Source of the DNA: Squatina squatina | Taxonomy: Eukaryota | DNA: 41,654 nucleotides | NCBI GenBank assembly: GCA_031763465.1 | Contig: JARFOE010000219.1 | Location: 3,761,422-3,803,075, forward strand | Direction: 5' to 3' | Part shown: piece by piece, positions 1 to 10,393 of the stretch | Layout: each line of letters begins with the position of its first letter | Position numbering within the stretch: position 1 is the stretch's first letter | Translations under genes and position numbers: made by a program | Notes under the pieces: generated by a model | Seen by the model: the letters and a program-made list of their open reading frames with translations, nothing else | The model's database searches: none | Told to the model about the DNA's origin: nothing

Positions 1-134
1 CTATGATATAAAATGCATGCTTGTGACTTCTTCACCCACAGGAAGAAAAACATTTTACACTCCTTTTCCAAAATGCTTTTAACGTGGCTGCAAAAGATGA
101 CACTCTAATAGGGGTTTATTGTACTTTCCTTTAG

Positions 135-220
135 GAGCAGTTATTATTTCTACTCCCCAGGACATTGCTTTGTTGGATGCACAGAGAGCAGCAGAAATGT
201 TTCGAAAAGTTAGTGTTCCT
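135..220 (+). CDS. NUBPL: NUBPL internal coding exon (86 nt), Mrp/NBP35-family Fe-S carrier ATPase
   Basis: ttag|GA...CCT|gtaagt splice sites. Translates (G)[28 protein letters not shown], containing the family TPQDxA motif. Ends in phase 0, matching the next exon. Confidence 0.95.
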
Positions 221-394
221 GTAAGTACAATTTATGAGTTCTCTTGTCCAGGTTAGTGATTTTAAAATGAAATGTGGATATGAGTAAATTATTTAATGCT
301 TATGTTACTACATCATGGTATTGATTTCCTGCAGCAATAAAAATGAGAAGACTTCAATGTTGGCTGTCAGAAGAGTTTGTGCCTTCTATAGGTT

Positions 395-590
395 AGGAAT
401 AATTTGTTTCCACAGAGAGAATAGTTAGAATGAGGAATTTTCTGCTACAAACTGTTGTTGAAGCAGAGCACATAAATTATTTTAAAAGCGAATCAGAGGG
501 TAGTTTAAAAAAAGGAATAGTAAAGTATGGGAAATCGGTATATGAGTGGAGGAAACAAAACTGCACGGACTTGATGAGCTATACATTTTA
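395..590 (+). mobile_element. Decayed CR1-clade LINE 3' end
   Basis: ORF 430..651 begins MRNFLLQTVVEAEHINYFKSES, resembling the CR1 ORF2 C-terminus (WNxLPxxVVEAxxIxxFKxxLD). Boundaries approximate. Confidence 0.6.
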
Positions 591-2174
591 TTGGATAAAT
601 AAATTGGATACACAGATGTCTGGACAATTAGAAACTTGGTCCAAGTGTTGAAAGCACTGTTTTAAAAGTGTTTTCATTCCTGTGAAGTTTCTTCTTGTTC
701 CCTCACTTCTTGGAGGTGTCCACTTCTTCTTAAAGTACAATTCCATGACTGCCAGGCACCTTCTTGTACTTTGTCCAAGTGACCATTCCCCATGGGAATA
801 TTGCAACCCTTCTCAATCCTGTGTGAACGGACACAGCAGTTGCTTGATAATGATCAACAGTCGGAACTCTGGCTCACTCTTTTATTCACTCTCCCTGCCT
901 GAAGGACACAGACCTTTTGTATCCCCCAACTGTCTTCATGATTCCTGATGAGACCATTTACCTCAACAGATTAAACCTGAAACTTTGTTGGTCTTTAGGG
1001 AAGCCATGAGTTTAAAGCATTGTGCTTAACGTTTTGTCTTGCACTATTAAATTCAATGTGGGAGCACCATTGGAAGGAAGATTGGCAGAAAACTGTTTCA
1101 AAAGGCCACCTTTTCTGATTGATCAAAGCCCAGTAGTGCAAAGATTAACGTATCATGGATACGATTGGGTGCGGTCGGTTTTGAAAATATTGTACGTCTC
1201 CTAGTTCAGTGTTTACAGGCTGTTTCCATATTTTCCCAGATATGGCTGGGAGAGAACAAGGCAGTTTGTGGAGTGAGCACCACTGAGCAATGTTCAAGTT
1301 TTTAGTACCTGTCACACTTTGGCATATCATATGTATTTAAAAAAATGTTTGCCTCATCAGACTTTTATGGCCTTAAATGTAGCTCCACTTAGCAGCAGAA
1401 TGATCTATGTGTCAGCTGGAACAACCGCATCCTTGTAGTATAGCACGCCATTGGATTTGCTCAGTAACGCTATGGGAGATCCACTACTGCATTTACATAT
1501 TTAATTTGGTTCACTCATTATTACAGAATGCAAAAACACAAGTAGTGTTCTTACTGTTGTGTGAGTATCCTATTCTGTACTATTTCTTTGCACATTGCAG
1601 AAAAAAGTAAACTGACTTAATTTTATTAAAGTGAAAAGGGGGAAAAGCAAAACTATCTGAAGAATCTTGCCCCAGTGGAAGAGTCATAGCATGTAAAATT
1701 AGCAGTTTGTGAAGGAGTTTATTTTGAGTGATACCGTGGAGTTTTTGATCAGAGAACCCCTCAGCCAAAAGATGTACAGCTGCAAGTACTTATTTTCCTT
1801 TTGCTTCGCTTGCCTTGCTGTGGCTATCCTCCAAGAAAGAGAGATAACAGAAAGGTCCTGCAAACAACTATGAAATAAATAGCGAGTTATTCTGTTTTGG
1901 TGGTGCAGGTTGACGCACAAATGTTGGCCATGCCATTGGGAACACTCCTGTGATATTCAAACATNNNNNNNNNNNNNNNNNNNNNNNNNNNNNNNNNNNN
2001 NNNNNNNNNNNNNNNNNNNNNNNNNNNNNNNNNNNNNNNNNNNNNNNNNNNNNNNNNNNNNNNNAGTTTGGAATCTGTGATTCAAACATTTATCTTGTCT
2101 TTTTGTGCTTAAATTAAATTTTTTCTTAATATACTTCTACATATTCTATACTTAGCAGCTCTTTCTTTTGACAG

Positions 2175-2295
2175 GTTCTCGGTATTGTTCAAAACATGAG
2201 TGTCTTCCAGTGTCCCAAGTGCAAACATGAGACTCACATCTTTGGGGCTGATGGAGCAAAAGTGCTGGCAACAAAACTTGGGCTAGATGTCCTAG
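2175..2295 (+). CDS. NUBPL: NUBPL internal coding exon (121 nt) with CxxC motif
   Basis: acag|GTT...CTAG|gtacag. Translates [40 protein letters not shown](G), with the NMS..CPxC Fe-S-binding motif. Confidence 0.95.
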
Positions 2296-2482
2296 GTACA
2301 GTTCAAAATTAGAGATCTTTAATATTAAGTTGTCTGACGTGCGATGTGTGCTAAAAATAATTGACCGTTTTGTATTTGATTGTTACAACCGTATAATGTA
2401 ACCTTATTTTGTCTGCTGATTTATCTTTGTAGTCGAGCTATAACACAAAACTGGAAGTACAGTTGTGATTTATCTTTTATAG

Positions 2483-2565
2483 GTGATATCCCATTACATA
2501 TAAATATAAGGGAAATGTCAGATAAAGGTCAACCAATTGTTGTATCTCATCCAGACAGTCCAGAG
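2483..2565 (+). CDS. NUBPL: NUBPL penultimate coding exon (83 nt)
   Basis: atag|GT...GAG|gtatgt. Translates (G)DIPLHINIREMSDKGQPIVVSHPDSPE and is phase-compatible with the previous exon. The terminal exon was not found and is probably in a gap. Confidence 0.93.
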
Positions 2566-2632
2566 GTATGTTGCATTTTGGCTTTGCTTTTTAACAAATG
2601 GCGGAATAGTTTTATTTATATAACCCCATGCT

Positions 2633-2732
2633 TGGCCTGGAATTTGCGGTCCTGATGACCGCAAACTGGCAGCGTTCACTGTCATTTCGCCTTTGAAACT
2701 GACTGCAACTTCAGGCTTTAGCGCAAGTACAG
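2633..2732. mobile_element. End of a non-autonomous DNA transposon (MITE-like), truncated by a gap
   Basis: Starts ggcctggaatttgc and has a 9-bp hairpin (2643-2651/2657-2665). Shares the actgacyrcaacttcagg...gcgcaag motif with the element at 23930. Confidence 0.5.
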
Positions 2733-2973
2733 NNNNNNNNNNNNNNNNNNNNNNNNNNNNNNNNNNNNNNNNNNNNNNNNNNNNNNNNNNNNNNNNNNNN
2801 NNNNNNNNNNNNNNNNNNNNNNNNNNNNNNNNTAGTCCCACGCCATACCTTCCCTCTGTTACTGACCACCACAGCATCTTCTTAGCCACAATGCTAGAAT
2901 AAAAGTTACCACAAAGAAACCTTCCAATCCAACTTCATACATCAATCCATCCAATATTACACAACAAAGTCAA

Positions 2974-4524
2974 CTAATCACCCTTGTGCATTCCCTTAGT
3001 ACCTGTCTTCACTGTGCCTTTACCTGTCCTTGTGCTCCTACGAAGTGATACCCCAGTGACTGCAGCATTGTTGGTGGAAGGCTGCTGAATTTCAGTAGGG
3101 GGAGACTGCAGATGGCCTTGGAGGACAGCCTTGAGTAGCTCTGGGCCAAGCATCACCTTGGCATGGATGGCAGCAGACTGGGCTAGCTATCTGACAGGCA
3201 ACAGTAGGGGCACTGGCGGAGTGACAGTGGTGGGAGAACAAATGCTGTCGCCCTGTGAGAGGACAGCAGATTTTTGCTCCATGGAGTCACTGTCACTCCC
3301 CGGGGCAGCACCTCAGCATTCCTAGCCACCTGTTGGAGGTCAGATGCTGGACTGCTGTGCCACCCGACAAGCCCCTTTCCACACTGACAAACACAACCAC
3401 GATGGCAGCAAGCTGAGCCTGCAATCAAATGATGGGTGGCTTCTGCTTGTGCTACAATTTAAGCAGAGACATCAGCCATCGGACTCTGCATCATGGTTCA
3501 GTCTATAAATGTATTAATGGAGTTGCCCATCACTTCCATCCTGGAAATCATGAGCTCCAAGCTCCATGCAAAGCTCTGTCCAAGGTTAGTGCCGGACTCT
3601 CCATGCTCCTTTACACTGTACTCAGGCTTTTTGGCAGGCCTGTCAATGCACCAAGCATTTTGTTGTGCATACCCTTCAGCATTCTTCTGGAGGCTGCCCC
3701 ATCGAGGTCCTCATCTGAGTCCTCTGCAGCAATACCCGTGTGCGACCTCGCCCTCTAGGGCGGGGACCTGTGCTACCCTTTCCCCCTGCCCTGGCTGCAG
3801 CCCACTCATACCCGGTGATTCACCACGTGCAGATCCTGCCTCTAAGCTATCCTCAAACGTCCACACCAGTATCTAACCTGGTGGCTGCGAGTGTCAGATT
3901 GAGTGACGGTGTTTCTTCTTCATCGTCACACTCCTCTCCCCCTTCTTCTTGCACCACTGCCTGAGCAGATTGGATTTCTTGGGTCTCTGAAATGAGAAAG
4001 GCACAGGGTATGGTTTTGGTGAGGGGAGGCTGGGTTGGGGTAGCAAGAGATGAATGCTTACACCATGTTCAGCTTGTAAATGAGAAGGGATTGTGGGATG
4101 AGGGGCAAGTGGGATGTGAGAAGGAGGATTAGTTTGAGGATACCAGCATCTTATATTCTTACAGACCGTCGCTGACACAGACTCAGCGACGCCCCTCCCA
4201 AGAATAGCCANNNNNNNNNNGTTATGCAGGCGCACCTGTCCCCCGCCGATTATGTCCTGCTACTGCCAGTTGTGAGCCATCTTTTCCTTCAAGAGAAAGG
4301 GAGGTGTGTCAGTGAGTGTGGTTCAATGCATTTGGGTGATGTGTCGGTCGTGGTTGAATAGCTGACAGTGTGTGCAAGCTGTGAGATGTGGGTGTAAAGC
4401 TTGCAATAGTGGTAAGTATCTGAGGGTGAGGTGAAGCCATGAACGTGAGGTATAAGTTGTGTTTGATAGAGATTGATGATAGGTGAGTGGTGGGGATGTG
4501 GTACATTGAGCAGTGTGTGAGGCT
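2974..4524 (-). mobile_element. Degenerate PIF/Harbinger transposon: spliced Myb/SANT-like accessory gene remnant
   Basis: Minus-strand acceptor cctttctcttgaag| is followed by EKMAHNWQ*QDIIGGGQVRLHN...AILGRGVAESV, like the AHN..TGGG motif of Harbinger Myb/SANT proteins. A second acceptor (tttctcatttcag| near 3988) precedes TQEIQSAQAVVQEEGGEECDDEEETPSLNLTLAAT. The reading ends ...RRSTRTGKGTVKTGTKGMHKGD* at 2974. In-frame stops indicate decay. Confidence 0.65.
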
Positions 4525-4814
4525 NNNNNNNNNNNNNNNNNNNNNNNNNNNNNNNNNNNNNNNNNNNNNNNNNNNNNNNNNNNNNNNNNNNNNNNNNNNN
4601 NNNNNNNNNNNNNNNNNNNNNNNNAAAATCCTTGTGGATTATCTACTCACCTTCACGAGGTATTTGCCATATCACATTGATATGGTATGTCCTTTTTATT
4701 TATCCTAAGCAAGTTGACTGGAAATTAGTAACTAATGACCAGTTTGTTGTTTGGGGCTGTTTTTTCTAAAGTGATTGATGTATCTTTCAACTGACTTTGT
4801 TTGTTTTTAAACAG

Positions 4815-4999
4815 AAATTATATTTTGACAAGCTATGGATAGGAAAAAATATTCAGGAGAAAATTGCATTTTTAGTGAAAATGGAATTCAAGTTGACTGG
4901 TCCTGAACAGATGAAGTGACCCACTGTGTGTGGGCTTACTACAGAATAAGGAGCACTTTCCAATGCTGTCTTCAAATGTAATGGGATGAGTGGAGAAGT
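4815..4999 (+). other. ARHGAP5: 5' UTR part of the ARHGAP5 first coding exon
   Basis: Pyrimidine-rich acceptor ttgtttttaaacag ends at 4814. An in-frame TAA (4979-4981) lies upstream of the ATG at 5000. Confidence 0.65.
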
Positions 5000-5177
5000 A
5001 TGATGGCAAAAAACAAAGAACTGCGTCCCCCAACATACAGTATTAGTGTGGTGGGATTATCTGGGACAGAGAAGGAGAAAGGTACAAGTGGTGTTGGAAA
5101 GTCTTGTTTGTGCAATCGATATGTGCACTCAAAAGCTGACGATTATTATCCAGAGCATACCTCAGTACTCAGCACAA
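5000..5177 (+). CDS. ARHGAP5: ARHGAP5 N-terminus, start of the N-terminal GTPase domain (P-loop GVGKS)
   Basis: [59 protein letters not shown] matches the p190B N-terminus. Cut by a 100-N gap. Confidence 0.96.
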
Positions 5178-5594
5178 NNNNNNNNNNNNNNNNNNNNNNN
5201 NNNNNNNNNNNNNNNNNNNNNNNNNNNNNNNNNNNNNNNNNNNNNNNNNNNNNNNNNNNNNNNNNNNNNNNNNNNNNGCCAAATGGCCTACTCCTGCTCC
5301 TATCTTCTGTGTTTCTATGTTTCTATTAATGCAAGGTGGCATGGATGTGCAGAACTTCGCTCACTGGCATCCGAATGTCCCTCCAGTTCGCTGCTGACAT
5401 TAGTTGGATTAAAACTGTGTTCCAGTAGATGCTAAGAACCACTGGGATTTTCTTTCAACTTAGTTATTCACTGGCAGCAGTTATATTGTAGTAGGTGTGA
5501 AGCCAAAGGGGTTTGAGATTACTTCTTGGAAGTATGTCACACCTCTTGACCAAATACGCTTTGAATAACTTCACACCTGAACGGCATACCTGGT

Positions 5595-5880
5595 ACTTGT
5601 TTGTCCTTTGATGTTGAAGCAGACAAACTAGCATCGCATTTTCTGCAGTGAGTTCTTTGACGACTGACAAGACCTATTTTTGCTTGGAATAAACTCCCAC
5701 ACGGTGAACAATGGATCTCGGATACACCAGGTTGGAGATCTTGATTCTTCAGGTGAGACTTCTTCAGCTGGCTTTTACATTCAGTGTCAGCAATTCCACG
5801 GGTGTCATAGTAGGATGGGTGGTATTTTTTCACCATGCTTTCCTATCTTGTATTGATGTGGGACTGAAATCACTTTGCAC
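5595..5880 (-). mobile_element. Old RTE-clade LINE 3' fragment
   Basis: Minus strand reads IQDRKAW*KN (DRxxWR motif with a stop). After a frameshift it reads [21 protein letters not shown], a degenerate version of the RTE C-terminal CxxCG..IGLxSHxRxH zinc finger. Confidence 0.6.
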
Positions 5881-5881
5881 G

Positions 5882-8800
5882 GACGTAAACCATACAAGTG
5901 AGGAAGGAACTGAATATAAAGTACAAGTCATTGAACAGACTGAGTTTATTGATGACCAAACCTTTCTGCCTCATCGAAGCACAAACTTACAACTATATAT
6001 AAAACGAGCAGCTGTATCAAAACTGCAGTCAGCCGAAAAGTTGATGTACATCTGCACTGATCAGCTGGGTTTGGAGCAAGACTTCGAGCAGAAGCAGATG
6101 CCAGATGGAAAGCTGACCATTGATGGCTTCCTCTTGTGCATTGATGTAAGCAAAGGGTGCAATAGGAAATTCGATGATCAGCTTAAGTTTGTAAATAACC
6201 TTGTTGCTCAGCTGGCTAAAACAAAAAAACCTGTTGTTATAGCAGCAACAAAATGTGATGAATGTGTTGATCACTACCTGCGGGAGGTGCAGGCTTTTGC
6301 AACAAATAAAAAAAATATGCCTGTTGTGGAAACTTCAGCACGTTTTCATGTGAATGTAGACTTGTGTTTTGCTACTTTAATCCAGTTGTTGGATAAAACT
6401 CGAGGAAAGCCGAAGATTATTCCATATCTGGATGCTTATAAGCAGCAGAGACACCTTGTTGCTTCAGCAGCAGACAAATTTGAAAAGNNNNNNNNNNNNN
6501 NNNNNNNNNNNNNNNNNNNNNNNNNNNNNNNNNNNNNNNNNNNNNNNNNNNNNNNNNNNNNNNNNNNNNNNNNNNNNNNNNNNNNNNNNNNNNNNNNNNN
6601 NNNNNNNNNNNNNNNNNNNNNNNNNNNNNNNNNNNNNNNNNNNNNNNNNNNNNNNNNNNNNNNNNNNNNNNNNNNNNNNNNNNNNNNNNNNNNNNNNNNN
6701 NNNNNNNNNNNNNNNNNNNNNNNNNNNNNNNNNNNNNNNNNNNNNNNNNNNNNNNNNNNNNNNNNNNNNNNNNNNNNNNNNNNNNNNNNNNNNNNNNNNN
6801 NNNNNNNNNNNNNNNNNNNNNNNNNNNNNNNNNNNNNNNNNNNNNNNNNNNNNNNNNNNNNNNNNNNNNNNNNNNNNNNNNNNNNNNNNNNNNNNNNNNN
6901 NNNNNNNNNNNNNNNNNNNNNNNNNNNNNNNNNNNNNNNNNNNNNNNNNNNNNNNNNNNNNNNNNNNNNNNNNNNNNNNNNNNNNNNNNNNNNNNNNNNN
7001 NNNNNNNNNNNNNNNNNNNNNNNNNNNNNNNNNNNNNNNNNNNNNNNNNNNNNNNNNNNNNNNNNNNNNNNNNNNNNNNNNNNNNNNNNNNNNNNNNNNN
7101 NNNNNNNNNNNNNNNNNNNNNNNNNNNNNNNNNNNNNNNNNNNNNNNNNNNNNNNNNNNNNNNNNNNNNNNNNNNNNNNNNNNNNNNNNNNNNNNNNNNN
7201 NNNNNNNNNNNNNNNNNNNNNNNNNNNNNNNNNNNNNNNNNNNNNNNNNNNNNNNNNNNNNNNNNNNNNNNNNNNNNNNNNNNNNNNNNNNNNNNNNNNN
7301 NNNNNNNNNNNNNNNNNNNNNNNNNNNNNNNNNNNNNNGGACATTAAGGTAGAGCAGTTGCTTTCTACCAACCTTATACAGTTTGATAACAATCGGCCAA
7401 ACATGTATCAGGATAGTGCCAATATTGATAAACTTAACCTTGTTCTGTTGGGTAGGGATGGGCTTGCACAAGAACTAGCCAATGAGATTCGAGCTCAGTG
7501 CACTGATGATGAGTACACTTTGGATGGTAAGATTTATGAACTGGATCTTCAGCCACTGGATCTAAACACTTTTGTATTGTCCGGTCTGACTACAACATAT
7601 CAACCTCATGGATATTTCTGTGTTTATAACTCTTCAGAGTCATTTACTTGTATGGCAGATTGCATAGAACGAATAAGAAGTGAAACTACCCCAAACAAGA
7701 AAGGCAGGTTTACAGCCAATCTTCCATTTACACTAATATTAGCTAACCAGAGAGACATTGGTTGCAAGAACTTGCCTATTTTAAGATTACAGGGGCAGCA
7801 ACTTGCCAATAAGTTGCAATGTCCCTTTGTTGACGTACCTTCTGGAACCTATACTCGCAAATTTCATGAATTCCAAATAAAACAAGCTCTAAGAGGACTT
7901 CTTGAAGCATTGAAACACAATTTGAATGTTGTTAGCCCCTTGCCCAGTATTAAAGATCTGTCAGAAGCTGACTTGAGAATTGTAATGTGTGCCATGTGTG
8001 GGGATCCATTCAACGTTGACCTAATTCTTTCACCATTCCTGGAATCCCAATTTTGCAGTGCTGCTCAACCTGGTCATAGTAATTCACTCCTGCTTGAGAA
8101 GATTATTGGTGAAAAGCGCAAACGAATTCAGATTACGATACTTTCGTACCACTCATCCATTTGTGTAAGGAAAGACGAGTTAGTCCATGGGTATATCCTA
8201 GTTTATTCAGCAAAACGAAAAGCATCCATGGCAATGCTCCGTGCTTTTTTGGCAGAAGTGCAAGATGTCATTCCTGTGCAGCTGGTGGCAGTTACTGATA
8301 GTCAAGCTGACTTTTTTGAAAATGAAGCAATTAAAGAGTTAATGACTGAGGGCGAGCATATAGCAACTGAGATATCTGCAAAGTTTACTGCGATATATTC
8401 TTTATCACAGTATCATCGACAGACAGAGGTCTTCACACCATTCTTTAGCGAAGTTCTGGAGAAGAAAAATAGTATTGAAAATTCCTATATGTATGATAAC
8501 ACCAGAGAATCCACTAATGTTAGTGAAGACTTTTCCTTATCTCCTCGGGCAAGTTCTCCTGCTTACAATTATTATCCAGATTCAGATGATGACAATGAAG
8601 CGCCTCCACCATATAGCCCTATTGGGGATGAGGTACAGTTGCTTCCACCATCCAGTGATCGTTCCAAACAGCGATCAGATTTCGAAGGAACTGAATATCC
8701 AGTTCACAGCAGTCCAGTTGTTAATCATGNNNNNNNNNNNNNNCCTCCACCCATTAAACCTAAACCTGTTGTTTCAAGGCATGATGTGAGAAAACTTGAT

Positions 8801-9382
8801 CCAAATCTTGTGAAAACCATTGAACAGGTTATTGGTAAAAATCCAAAGAGACTCAATCGAGGACCTTTTGGCCATCTGGATGACCTAGATCCATCTGACA
8901 ATTACTCTGTCCCAAGAGATGCTCTATTAAAACCCAAAGTGGAGGATGAAATATACTCAACTCCCCAGGATTCAAAGAGTACTAAGATCATAAGAAAGCC
9001 AAATTTGATTGGGGGAAATAATTCTCAAGGTGAGGAAGAAAATGGCTTAATTGATCGATTATCAAAGCAACCAATAACACGGAAACCTTCAAAGTACAAA
9101 TACAAATCCAAGACTCTCTTTAGAAAGGCTAGACTATACTATAGAAGGAGAGAACGCTTTGATGTTAGTGATGACGAATCTGTGCTGCCTTCCTCACGCA
9201 AGCCAAAGAAGGGAAAAACTCATCGTGGGAGTGAGGAAGATCCTTTACTGTCCCCAGAAAATTGTGGGAAAGCAGGGATTGATAATCCTGCTATTGCATC
9301 TGATCCAGAAGTTGATGACGGAAGAAGGCATAGAAAAGATAAGAAGCCAGCAAAACCAAAGTCTCAAAAGCCAAACAAAAAG
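5882..9382 (+). CDS. ARHGAP5: ARHGAP5 giant exon, remainder: GTPase domain, FF domains (mostly in gap), pseudoGTPase domains, phosphotyrosine and polybasic regions
   Basis: Recognisable p190B segments: [89 protein letters not shown] and GIDNPAI. Ends at AAG|gcaagt in phase 0. Confidence 0.95.
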
Positions 9383-10113
9383 GCAAGTTTTATCATTGAA
9401 ATTTGTTTTGCTTGCAGAGAATTGCATGTTTTAAATTGTGGCCTGACATGATGTAAAATTATTCAGATAGTTTAGCATTTCTTCCAAATGATAGCGCAAT
9501 GACCCACCATTATGTGCTCCTTACATTGTTTTTTTAATAAGGAAAGCTAAATGGAATTGATATTCAGAAAGTAATTAAATTGCAAAATANNNNNNNNNNN
9601 NNNNNNNNNNNNNNNNNNNNNNNNNNNNNNNNNNNNNNNNNNNNNNNNNNNNNNNNNNNNNNNNNNNNNNNNNNNNNNNNNNNNNNNNNNNNNNNNNNNN
9701 NNNNNNNNNNNNNNNNNNNNNNNNNNNNNNNNNNNNNNNNNNNNNNNNNNNNNNNNNNNNNNNNNNNNNNNNNNNNNNNNNNNNNNNNNNNNNNNNNNNN
9801 NNNNNNNNNNNNNNNNNNNNNNNNNNNNNNNNNNNNNNNNNNNNNNNNNNNNNNNNNNNNNNNNNNNNNNNNNNNNNNNNNNNNNNNNNNNNNNNNNNNN
9901 NNNNNNNNNNNNNNNNNNNNNNNNNNNNNNNNNNNNNNNNNNNNNNNNNNNNNNNNNNNNNNNNNNNNNNNNNNNNNNNNNNNNNNNNTAGCAAATTGTC
10001 AAGAAGTGCCAAGTTTTTACAGAATGTGCCAAGTATGAAAGACTTGTGAAATTATATTTTAGTTCACCTAATGGGCCATCAATTTCTAATCCTTGAGTGC
10101 TGTGTATGGAAAG

Positions 10114-10201
10114 CTAATTGAATTAATAATATGCCTTCTTTTATAATTACTCTTCAAACTAATTGAATTGATAATTTTGCCTCTTATAATTACTCTTCAA
10201 A
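10114..10201 (+). repeat. Imperfect tandem duplication (45 + 43 nt) of the intron 3' end
   Basis: ctaattgaattaataatatgccttcttttataattactcttcaaa (10114-10158) is followed by ctaattgaattgataattttgcctcttataattactcttcaaa (10159-10201). Confidence 0.9.
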
Positions 10202-10202
10202 G

Positions 10203-10338
10203 GGGCAGAAACCTACATTACCAGCAAGAAGAAATTGGGACAGCAATTACTTTGGGGTGCCCCTTCAAGACGTGGTTACTCCTGATAAACCTGTACCACA
10301 TTTTATTGAAAGATGTGTGGATTACATTGAATCTACAG
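10203..10338 (+). CDS. ARHGAP5: ARHGAP5 exon, start of RhoGAP domain
   Basis: tcttcaaag|GGG...ACAG|gtagga. Translates [45 protein letters not shown](G). Confidence 0.93.
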
Positions 10339-10393
10339 GTAGGACATGTGCATTATACTGGAGCTGAAATCTAACAGCATCTCTATAATACTT

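Noticed and set aside
3429-3964. Overlapping + strand ORFs of 74-127 aa
   Set aside because: They are antisense shadows of the GC-rich Harbinger Myb remnant, with no recognisable protein.
5711-5881. Novel hydrophobic N-terminus on the 1246-aa ORF
   Set aside because: It is chance read-through of an antisense LINE fragment. The real start is at 5000.
5850-5881. U12-type AT-AC acceptor (...tttgcAC|G) explaining the ARHGAP5 interruption as a new intron
   Set aside because: The phase could fit, but there is no TCCTTRAC branch site upstream, the DNA is LINE-derived, and the donor is unseen.
6432-7471. Long X-filled ORFs here and at 9547-10038, 13481-14084, 18055-18827 and 25005-26229
   Set aside because: They are artefacts of translating N runs.
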